NCBI GenBank assembly: GCA_041645215.1
Contig: JBAZQK010000001.1
Coordinates: forward strand, 54,091 to 118,090
DNA length: 64,000 nucleotides
Direction of reading: 5' to 3'
Origin: Patescibacteria group bacterium
GTDB taxonomy: Bacteria > Patescibacteriota > Patescibacteriia > Veblenbacterales > UBA10138
The position numbers were made by a program, and so were the translations under genes. The notes under the pieces are model-generated. The model had not been told where the DNA came from and did not search any database. It worked only from the letters and a program-made list of their open reading frames with translations. Shown in pieces: positions 36,233 to 44,579 of the stretch (position 1 is the stretch's first letter; every line of letters begins with the position of its first letter).

Positions 36233-39200
36233 ATGAAGTCGTATAACCATACAGAAGTTGAACTAAAGTGGCAGCGTCGCTGGCAGGATGAAAAAATCTT
36301 TGCGACTGGTGAGGACACTAAAAAAAAACGCAGCTACATTTTGGATATGTTTCCTTATCCGTCGGCCCAAGGTTTGCATGTCGGCCACCCCGAAGGTTAT
36401 ATCGCGACTGATATTTATGCTCGCTACTTAAGGCTTAAAGGAGTAAACGTATTGCATCCGATGGGCTGGGACGCGTTTGGTTTACCCACGGAAAACTTTG
36501 CCATTAAAACCGGACGGCATCCTAATGAAGTTGCGCGGCAAAACATTGATAATTTTCGCCGCCAGATTAAATCTTTAGGATTTTCTTATGATTGGGATCG
36601 GGAGATTAATACCGCCGACCCGGCTTACTATAAATGGACGCAGTGGTTGTTCTTAAAATTGTATGAGCAAGGGCTGGCTTACCAAAAGCAGGCGCCGGTT
36701 AATTGGTGTCCGTCTTGCCAAACTGTGTTGGCCAACGAACAGGTGGCCGGCGGCGAGTGCGAGCGCTGTCATAGCCAGGTGGAGCAGCGTCAGATGAAAC
36801 AATGGTTTTTTAAAATTACGGATTATACCGAGCGTTTGTTAAAAGATTTAACCGGCTTAGATTGGCCGGCGTCAATTGTGGAAATGCAGCGCAATTGGAT
36901 TGGCAAAAGTGAAGGCGCGGAAGTAAATTTTTCAATTATTGATAGCGACGTTAAAAGATTTATTTTGCTTCACGGACGAAGCGCTTCATCTGCCAGCCAT
37001 TTTATTCCGCCGCTAAAAATTGAATTAGAAAAGATGGGTTATGAGGTAGAAACTCCGGATTTACCTAACACCGATTTACCTGATGATATTGAACAAACGG
37101 AATTTGTTAAAGCTAATTGTAAATTGGACCGACATACGGTTATAGTAGGGCACTCTATGGGCGGCGTGGTAGCCTTGCGTTTGCTGGAACAAGGCATAAA
37201 AGTTAATAAGGTTATTTTAATTAGTACACCGTTTACCGGGAAATTTTTGGATAGAAAAGACAGACCGTCTGTAACTAAAGCTTGCCAAAGGGGTTTTGAT
37301 TTTGAAACGATTATCAAAAATGCCAGTAGTTTTATGGTGTTGGGAGACAGTCAGGATCATGCTGTGTCACCAATTGAGGCAGAAATGTTCGCGGAAAAAT
37401 TAAAAGTTAAGGCTAAGATAGTTAAATCAGAGTCGTCACATTTTTGTTCCCAGAATGAGCCTGAGGTGTTGGCCTTTTGTACTAACGCTATTAGAATTTT
37501 TACTACTAGATTGGATACTATTTTTGGCGCGACTTATTTAGTTTTGGCGCCGGAGCACGAGGCTATTAATAAATTACAACCGCAGATTAAGAACTGGCCG
37601 GAGGTTGTGGCTTATATTGAAGCGGCTAAAAAGAAAACCGAGCTAGAAAGGAAAATTGAAACCAAAGACAAGACTGGAGTCGAATTGAAGGGTGTCTTAG
37701 TCGTTAATCCAGCTAACAATGAGTCCATACCTGTGTATGTGGCTGACTATGTATTGATGGGGTATGGTACCGGCGCCATTATGGCCGTGCCGGCGCATGA
37801 TGAGCGTGATTGGGAATTTGCCAAAAAATTTGATTTGTCGACTAAGCAAGTAATAGCCCTGGAAACAGGGTTAAAAAGAAAAAACGAGGAAAGGCGTGAT
37901 GGCGGTTGTGGAATAATTTTTGATTCAAAGTCGCAAAAGTATGCGGTACTTGAAGAAGAGGGCTCTGGTTTTTTGGGTTTTTGCGCGGGTGGATTAGATA
38001 CCAATAAAAATGAGCAGACGGAGGTAATTAGAGAGATTAAGGAAGAAAGCGGCTTATATGATTTTTGTCATATAGAAAAAATAAGTACAGCCTTTTCCCA
38101 TTTTTATAATAGTTTAAAAAATGTAAATCGTTTTGCTCATGCAGTTTGCTATTTATTTATTCTAAAATCAACAAATGTCAAGCCAACCAAGCTTGAAGTC
38201 CATGAAAAGTATAGTTTAGTTTGGAAAGACCCGGCAGAAATAGAGCAAAATTGGACTAAACAGAATCGGCAAGCTGATACTGAGTATTGGGTATATTTTT
38301 TGCACCAAGCAGTAGTCCGTGCGGTAGAACTTGGTTTTGATAAAACTAATACAAATTATAAGTTTAGGGCCACAACTGATTATGGACTACTAATTAATTC
38401 CGAGGAGTTTGACGGTTTGAGTTCTAAAGAGGCCATTTCCAAAATTGCGGAAAAAATTAAGGCCAAGTTAACTACTGAGTATCGCCTGCGCGATTGGCTG
38501 ATTTCGCGGCAACGTTATTGGGGTGCACCAATTCCAATTATCTACTGCCCGCATTGTATCGATAAAAAAGAATTTCCGGAACCCAAATTTATTGTTAATT
38601 GTGCCGATCATGACGGCTTTGAAAATATTATTAGCGGTAAAAAGCATGTGGTCACCCGAGCTCTTAGCTCAGAAGACGACGCCGCAAACTATGCGCAGAC
38701 TGTGCCTGGCGATATTTTGGAAATGATCGATAATAAGACAAAACAGCGAATCTATGTAAAAGTAGTAGGCGCTCAGACATTCAAATCGTTAGACGATCTT
38801 TTTAAAGAACGCAAAATCGCCGAAGCGACATTTAATAGAAAATTCTCGGCCAAAACTGAATTAAGTAATGAATACGAAAAAAATAGAAAAGGCTACACAA
38901 AGCAGATTGATACGTATGGACTGGTTGCTTGGCAAATTGAACTTATCACTAAAGCTGTGCCAGTGCCGGAGCCAGATTTGCCGGTTACTCTGTCCGATGA
39001 CGTGGATTTTCGCCCGCATGGTGAATCACCCTTAGCGCGGTCAGAGTCTTTTCATAAGGTTAAGTGTCTTAAGTGTGGCGCCTCGGCCCGCCGCGAGAGT
39101 GACACTATGGATACGTTTGTGGATTCAGCTTGGTACTTTCTGCGTTATGCTGACCCGCATAATGTTAAAGAGGCTTTTGCCAAAGAGAAAATTAAAACCT

Positions 39201-40099
39201 GGTTGCCGGTAAATTTATATGTCGGTGGCGCTGAACACGCTGTCATGCATCTTTTGTATGCCCGGTTTATTACCAAAGTGCTGCACGATTTAGGCTATGT
39301 GGATTTTAGTGAGCCGTTTGTAAAATTGCGCAACCAAGGCTTGATTATGGGCGAGGACGGACAAAAAATGTCTAAGTCGCGCGGTAATGTAGTGAATCCT
39401 GATGAAATTGTGGCCAAGTACGGCGCTGATACTTTTCGGCTTTACGAAATGTTTTTGGGTCCGCTGGAAGATGTTAAACCCTGGAATACGGCCGGTATTA
39501 TTGGTTTACGGCGATTTCTGGAAAGAGTTTGGAATTTAATATTGAACTATAAAAATACCTCTAAGGCCGAGGTAGCCCTAGAGCCAACCGTAAACTTGCG
39601 GCGCGCGACTGCCCAGACTATAAAAAAAGTAACAGCTGATATTGAAGCTTTCCGTTTTAATACGGCTATTAGCGCGTTAATGAAACTGGTTAATGATTTA
39701 TCGGTTACTCCGGCGCCAGTTGACACTAAAGAGTATGCTGGCGCCATACGCACCTTGTTAATATTGCTTTATCCGTTCGCGCCCCACATAACAGCCGAAC
39801 TTTGGAGTCGGGCTAGTGTGCTGAGGGATAGTTATTTTCCAGATGATGCTGACAAGCAGATTTGGCAGTTGGCTTGGCCGACCTATCATGAGCAGGATTT
39901 AGCAGTGGATTTTATGGTGGTCACCGTACAAGTGAACGGTCGCATGCGTGTCAGCATTAATTGTCCGAGTACGGCCAGCGAGGCCGAGATAGTTGAACTT
40001 GTTAAAAATAATCCAGTCGTGGCTAAGTATTTGGTCGATAAGACCATTAAACGGGTTATTTATGTAGCTGGAAAATTGATAAATTTGGTGGTGGAGTAG
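36233..40099 (+). CDS. leuS: Leucyl-tRNA synthetase carrying three large insertions: an alpha/beta-hydrolase domain, a Nudix hydrolase domain and an unassigned domain.
   Basis: The class-I core is intact (PYPSAQGLHVGHPEGY; KMSKSRGN; editing-domain TTRLDTIFGATYLVLAPEH). After EGAEVNF, about 190 aa are inserted containing a GHSMGG serine-hydrolase nucleophile elbow. About 175 aa between FAKKFDL and GLLINSEEFDGL contain the Nudix box GGLDTNKNEQTEVIREIKEESGL. About 140 extra aa sit between YCPHC and LPVTLSDDV. Total 1288 aa against roughly 820-870 aa for typical bacterial LeuS. Confidence 0.9.
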   Translation: MKSYNHTEVELKWQRRWQDEKIFATGEDTKKKRSYILDMFPYPSAQGLHVGHPEGYIATDIYARYLRLKGVNVLHPMGWDAFGLPTENFAIKTGRHPNEVARQNIDNFRRQIKSLGFSYDWDREINTADPAYYKWTQWLFLKLYEQGLAYQKQAPVNWCPSCQTVLANEQVAGGECERCHSQVEQRQMKQWFFKITDYTERLLKDLTGLDWPASIVEMQRNWIGKSEGAEVNFSIIDSDVKRFILLHGRSASSASHFIPPLKIELEKMGYEVETPDLPNTDLPDDIEQTEFVKANCKLDRHTVIVGHSMGGVVALRLLEQGIKVNKVILISTPFTGKFLDRKDRPSVTKACQRGFDFETIIKNASSFMVLGDSQDHAVSPIEAEMFAEKLKVKAKIVKSESSHFCSQNEPEVLAFCTNAIRIFTTRLDTIFGATYLVLAPEHEAINKLQPQIKNWPEVVAYIEAAKKKTELERKIETKDKTGVELKGVLVVNPANNESIPVYVADYVLMGYGTGAIMAVPAHDERDWEFAKKFDLSTKQVIALETGLKRKNEERRDGGCGIIFDSKSQKYAVLEEEGSGFLGFCAGGLDTNKNEQTEVIREIKEESGLYDFCHIEKISTAFSHFYNSLKNVNRFAHAVCYLFILKSTNVKPTKLEVHEKYSLVWKDPAEIEQNWTKQNRQADTEYWVYFLHQAVVRAVELGFDKTNTNYKFRATTDYGLLINSEEFDGLSSKEAISKIAEKIKAKLTTEYRLRDWLISRQRYWGAPIPIIYCPHCIDKKEFPEPKFIVNCADHDGFENIISGKKHVVTRALSSEDDAANYAQTVPGDILEMIDNKTKQRIYVKVVGAQTFKSLDDLFKERKIAEATFNRKFSAKTELSNEYEKNRKGYTKQIDTYGLVAWQIELITKAVPVPEPDLPVTLSDDVDFRPHGESPLARSESFHKVKCLKCGASARRESDTMDTFVDSAWYFLRYADPHNVKEAFAKEKIKTWLPVNLYVGGAEHAVMHLLYARFITKVLHDLGYVDFSEPFVKLRNQGLIMGEDGQKMSKSRGNVVNPDEIVAKYGADTFRLYEMFLGPLEDVKPWNTAGIIGLRRFLERVWNLILNYKNTSKAEVALEPTVNLRRATAQTIKKVTADIEAFRFNTAISALMKLVNDLSVTPAPVDTKEYAGAIRTLLILLYPFAPHITAELWSRASVLRDSYFPDDADKQIWQLAWPTYHEQDLAVDFMVVTVQVNGRMRVSINCPSTASEAEIVELVKNNPVVAKYLVDKTIKRVIYVAGKLINLVVE

Positions 40100-40301
40100 C
40101 TTAATTTAAAATGTAAATATCTCCGCCAAAGGCGGATCTGCCTCTGGCATGAAAAAATTAAAATGATAATGCAAAATGTAAAAATTATGAATTTAGACAT
40201 TTTATAATTTTGGTTGCCTTGTGCAACCATCCCGCCGCGGCGGGATAAAAGCAAAACTTTTATTGTCATTTTTCATTTTGATTTTTTATTTTTAAACTTT
40301 C

Positions 40302-40916
40302 GTGACAGTATTCTCTAAATCAGCTCGGGACCTGGCTAAAATTTGTAAAATTTTAAAACAAGGTGAAGTCGTGGCCGCGCCTACTGAAACCGCCTATGGT
40401 TTGTTGGCGGACGCGACTAATCCGCATGCCATCACTAAAGTGTTTATCATTAAAGGTCGTGCCGAGAAAAAAGTTTTACCGTTGGCGGTTTCTAATTATA
40501 CAATGGCGCAAGAGTTGGCCGTATTTTCACCGCTAGCTAAAAAATTGGCCCGGGGTTTTTGGCCCGGTCCTTTGACTTTGGTTTTACCGGCGCGAGTCAA
40601 ACTGCCGCCTAATGTAGTATCGCTAGATAAATTTGTCGGCTTACGGATGAGTGGCTCAACTTGGCTTACCCAATTAGTTAAAACTTACGGCCGGCCGTTA
40701 ACCGTAACCTCGGCCAACTTATCAGGTCAGTCGTCGCTTTATGATGCCGTTGCCGTACAACAAAGTTTGTCCCGGCGCGGTCTTAAATATATAGTGCGGT
40801 CGCGCCGCTTGCCGCTTAGGCCGACTTCAACCATTGTGAAAGTGGCCGGCCGCCGTTGGCGCATTATCAGACTGGGTGCGATAACGCCGGCTAAATTAAG
40901 AAGTGTGATAAGATAG
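40302..40916 (+). CDS. tsaC: L-threonylcarbamoyladenylate synthase (YrdC/Sua5/TsaC family).
   Basis: KQGEVVAAPTETAYGLLADATNPHAITKVFIIKGR...PGPLTLVLPA is the YrdC domain. Confidence 0.8.
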   Translation: MTVFSKSARDLAKICKILKQGEVVAAPTETAYGLLADATNPHAITKVFIIKGRAEKKVLPLAVSNYTMAQELAVFSPLAKKLARGFWPGPLTLVLPARVKLPPNVVSLDKFVGLRMSGSTWLTQLVKTYGRPLTVTSANLSGQSSLYDAVAVQQSLSRRGLKYIVRSRRLPLRPTSTIVKVAGRRWRIIRLGAITPAKLRSVIR

Positions 40917-41084
40917 AATGAAGTCGCCTTACATGTGGTCAGCCTTAGGGTGAAATTACGAATGACGGGTTAAGAATTAGAGTATTAAATAATTTTAAAT
41001 TTTAAATTCTTAATTTTTAATCAATTTTTAATAATTTAGTAATTCAATAAAAATTAAAAATTTGTAATTAGAAATTTTACTGTT

Positions 41085-42242
41085 ATGCCTTTTCAAGGCC
41101 ACTTTAATTTAGGCGGCTTATTGCCGCAGCGTTTGTCGCCGCAGGTTAAGGCGCTGTACTGGTCGGCGGTGCTGCAAAATTTGGCGCTCGGTATGCTGTT
41201 GCTGTTTGAGCCGATTTATTTATGGCAACAAGGCTTTGGTTTGGCCGGCATAATGAAATTTTTCCTAGCCGTTTACACGGTATATTTTTTCTTGGCGCCG
41301 CTGGGGGCTAATTTTGCCACCCGGCGCGGGTTTGAAAATTCAATTTTCCTGTCAACGATTTTTCAGTTTATTTATTATGTCTGTTTGTTTTTAATTGCTC
41401 AAAGTTGGTATTGGGCCATACCGGCCGTGGCGCTTTACGCTTTGCAAAAAAGTTTTTACTTTCCAGCCTATCACGCTTACTTTGCCCGTTATTCGGATGA
41501 AACCGAAGAAGGCCGTGAGGTTGGCGGCATGTCCGTGTCGCTGGCGCTGGTTTATGTGGCCGGACCATTGCTGGCCGGTTTTTTGCTGACTTTTGGCTCC
41601 TGGTTTTGGTTGTTTTTGGCAGGCGGGTTAATTTTATTGTCGTCCAATTGGCCCTTGTTGCGCCATCGGCCCGAGTTTACGCCGCGCCAATTTCCTTATG
41701 GGGCGGCCTATAAGCGAATTTTCGCGCCGGTCCTGCGCCGCCCGTTGCTGGCGGGCTTAGGTTTTGGCGAGGAGCTGATTTTTATGACTTTGTGGCCGGT
41801 GTTTATGTATGTGCTGGTGGTTAATTACGCCACGGTCGGTATTTTTGTGGCTGTTTCAACACTGATTATGGCTATAGTTACCTTGTATGTCGGCCGGCTT
41901 ACCGATACCAGTAACAAAAAAACGGTTTTGCGGGTTTCGGTGTTATTTAATCAATTGGGTTTACTCGGCCGTTTAATTGTGAGTTCGCCGTTTTTAATTT
42001 TTTTGGTTGATGCCTGGACGCGCGTTACGCATAGTATGATTATTGTGCCGATTTACGCTGTAACTTACCAGCGCGCCAAGCATCAGTCGTCAATGGATAC
42101 GGCCGTATTTTTTGAAATGACTTTGAGTTTGGGTAAAATTTTGGCGGCGTTGATACTGTTAACTATTTTTACAGTTACAACCAGTTGGGGCGCGATTTGG
42201 CTGGTGGCGGCGTTAATGGCGATTTTATACGCGGCGCTGTAG
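41085..42242 (+). CDS. Polytopic membrane transporter, MFS-like.
   Basis: 385 aa with about 11 TM helices. It has an MFS-like pattern but no exact signature motif. Confidence 0.45.
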   Translation: MPFQGHFNLGGLLPQRLSPQVKALYWSAVLQNLALGMLLLFEPIYLWQQGFGLAGIMKFFLAVYTVYFFLAPLGANFATRRGFENSIFLSTIFQFIYYVCLFLIAQSWYWAIPAVALYALQKSFYFPAYHAYFARYSDETEEGREVGGMSVSLALVYVAGPLLAGFLLTFGSWFWLFLAGGLILLSSNWPLLRHRPEFTPRQFPYGAAYKRIFAPVLRRPLLAGLGFGEELIFMTLWPVFMYVLVVNYATVGIFVAVSTLIMAIVTLYVGRLTDTSNKKTVLRVSVLFNQLGLLGRLIVSSPFLIFLVDAWTRVTHSMIIVPIYAVTYQRAKHQSSMDTAVFFEMTLSLGKILAALILLTIFTVTTSWGAIWLVAALMAILYAAL

Positions 42243-42278
42243 GGAAAATGAATAAAGAATTACGAATCAAGAATTAAG

Positions 42279-42416
42279 CCCAGTATAACTACTTTGTTAT
42301 AGCTCGCTTTTAAAATAAAATTTATAAATCAAATAAGTAACCTATCTAATCATTATCTCTTATTAGTTACTTAATCTAAGCTCGCTAAATTTTATTTAAC
42401 AAAGTTGTTATACTGG
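42279..42416. mobile_element. MITE-like element of family 'cccagtata' (copy 2).
   Basis: cccagtataactactttgttatagctcgctttta ... aagctcgctaaattttatttaacaaagttgttatactggg. The terminal inverted repeats are about 35 bp. Confidence 0.5.
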
Positions 42417-42548
42417 GTAAGAATAGAACATCTAAATTCTAAAACCTAAATTTTATAAATAATACTCAACAGCCAATTAATAACTCAAAAGTTAAATATC
42501 AAAATGAAAAATTTTTATTTTTGATTTTTACATTTTAAATTTTTTATC

Positions 42549-43421
42549 ATGTCTCTTCCTTCTAGTCTTTTAGCTTGGACCAAACAATTGGTTAAGCAGT
42601 ATAATCTTCGTCCCGGTCGCCGGTTGGGGCAGCATTTTTTAATTGACCGCCAAGTATTAGAGCAGATTATGGCGGCGGCCGAATTAAAACCAGCAACTCC
42701 GGTTTTGGAAGTTGGCGGTGGTTTAGGGGCGTTAACCCTGTCATTATTAAATACCACTCCCCGTTTAACTGTCGTAGAGTTGGATAAAAATTTAGCGCCG
42801 CTGTTGCAAAAACTGGGGTTGGCTGCTGAACATTTTAAAGTTATTAGTGGTGATATTTTAAAAGTCAGTGACAAAGTTTTACAACAGTCGCTTAGTCTTG
42901 AGCCTGATGATGATTTTTATATAGTGGCTAACTTGCCCTACGAAATTTCCGGGGCTTTTTTGCGGCGATTTTTATCCGGCGTCTGGCGACCAGAGATTAT
43001 GGTGTTGTTATTGCAAGCGGAAGTAGCCGAACGTTTGGTGGCTAAACCAGGAGAAGTAAGTTTATTAACCCTGCAAGCTTGGTTGGCAGCTGAAGTAAAA
43101 ATAATAAAAAAAGTTAGACCAAGCTCATTTTATCCGCCGCCGCGAGTTAACTCTGCGATTGTTAAATTTAAGCTGCGTACAGTAGAGGAACGAATCGCTT
43201 TACTAAGTGGCCTAAGTGAGGAATATTTTTGGCAAGTGGCTAAGGCCGGATTTACTGCCCGACGAAAATATTTAATTAGCAATTTACATCGCCAGCTTAA
43301 GTTTGATAAATCAAAATTGATTGAGATTTTTAAAAAACTTGATATTCCGCTTTCGGTCCGGGCGCAGGAGCTGTCTTTGGAGCAGTGGGCGGAGTTAGCC
43401 GGAGGGTTGAATAAAGAATAG
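42549..43421 (+). CDS. rsmA: 16S rRNA (adenine1518/1519-N6)-dimethyltransferase.
   Basis: LGQHFLIDRQVLEQI...VLEVGGGLGALT...VANLPYEISGAFL are the KsgA/RsmA signature motifs. Confidence 0.9.
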   Translation: MSLPSSLLAWTKQLVKQYNLRPGRRLGQHFLIDRQVLEQIMAAAELKPATPVLEVGGGLGALTLSLLNTTPRLTVVELDKNLAPLLQKLGLAAEHFKVISGDILKVSDKVLQQSLSLEPDDDFYIVANLPYEISGAFLRRFLSGVWRPEIMVLLLQAEVAERLVAKPGEVSLLTLQAWLAAEVKIIKKVRPSSFYPPPRVNSAIVKFKLRTVEERIALLSGLSEEYFWQVAKAGFTARRKYLISNLHRQLKFDKSKLIEIFKKLDIPLSVRAQELSLEQWAELAGGLNKE

Positions 43422-43734
43422 CGAATTACGAATCACGAATGCAGAATTAGGATTATTGTAATTCCCTTTTTGGCATTCATTTATTTGACATTGAATTGGC
43501 ATTTGTTATTTGAAATTTGATATTACTGGTTCCTGTGTCATTCTGAAGCCGATGTCCATCGGCTGAAGAATCTAGATCCTTCACCCCACCAAGGGCGGGG
43601 TTCAGGATGACAAAAGCGTAAGTCCTATCAGTATTTTTTGTTCTTTGACTTTTCGCTACTTCCGTGCTATAATTAATGTACTTATTAAGAAAAATTTGTA
43701 AATTTTATCCAGTTTATTTGGCTGTTCAACCAAT

Positions 43735-44472
43735 ATGTCGCCAGAAAATCAGACTGGCCAATCAAATAGTTGGCAATTGGGGCTAGGCGCAGTGGCGATT
43801 TTGGCGTTAGTCTTGGGGGTTTGGCAAATTCGGAATTCAATTAGCGCGCCGTTTGCTTTTGTTGCTAGTAGTGATGCCAATCAGACCAATCAGCCGCCTA
43901 AAGTCAGTGATGACATTGAGGCTTTAAAAACTAAGGATAACGATACCGACGGCTTATCGGATTATGATGAAATTTATTTGTATCAGACCAGTCCGTATTT
44001 AAAAGATTCTGATTCCGACGGGATTAGCGATAAAACCGAGGTGGAGCGCGGCACTGACCCCAATTGTCCCACCGGTAAAAATTGCGGACCAGTACAATTT
44101 CAACCAACCGCGGCAGTTGATAATAATCCGCTGAATCTTGGTAACGCGCTGGCGCCGACACCGGAACAAATAAGAGCTTATTTAAAACAAAGCGGCGCGA
44201 CCGACAGTTTATTAGCGAGTTATAGCGACCAGCAGTTATTGGATTTGTATAAACAGGTGGCGGGCGAGGTTGCGCCCCAACCCGCATCCGCGCCCCCAAC
44301 CGCCGGTGAAAAAATCAGTTTAAAACCTGAGGAAAAAGCCGCTTTGCAAAAAATGACACCGGCTGAAATAAGGCAGTTTTTAATTAAAAGCGGGGTCAAA
44401 GCCGACGAGCTTAATAAAATAGACGATGTGACCTTAAAAGCGATGGTGGAGCAGATAATAAATGGGCAATAA
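43735..44472 (+). CDS. Membrane-anchored protein with thrombospondin-type-3-like Ca-binding repeats, the first gene of the T4SS-like island.
   Basis: N-terminal TM helix, then DNDTDGLSDYDE and DSDSDGISDKTE, matching the DxDxDGxxDxxE pattern. Confidence 0.4.
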   Translation: MSPENQTGQSNSWQLGLGAVAILALVLGVWQIRNSISAPFAFVASSDANQTNQPPKVSDDIEALKTKDNDTDGLSDYDEIYLYQTSPYLKDSDSDGISDKTEVERGTDPNCPTGKNCGPVQFQPTAAVDNNPLNLGNALAPTPEQIRAYLKQSGATDSLLASYSDQQLLDLYKQVAGEVAPQPASAPPTAGEKISLKPEEKAALQKMTPAEIRQFLIKSGVKADELNKIDDVTLKAMVEQIINGQ

Positions 44473-44579
44473 TTTAAAATGTAAATATCAAAAATTAAAA
44501 TGACAATGCAAAATGTAATAATTTTAAATTTTAATCTGTCATTTTCCATTTTGGTTTTTGAATTTTTAATTTAACCATT

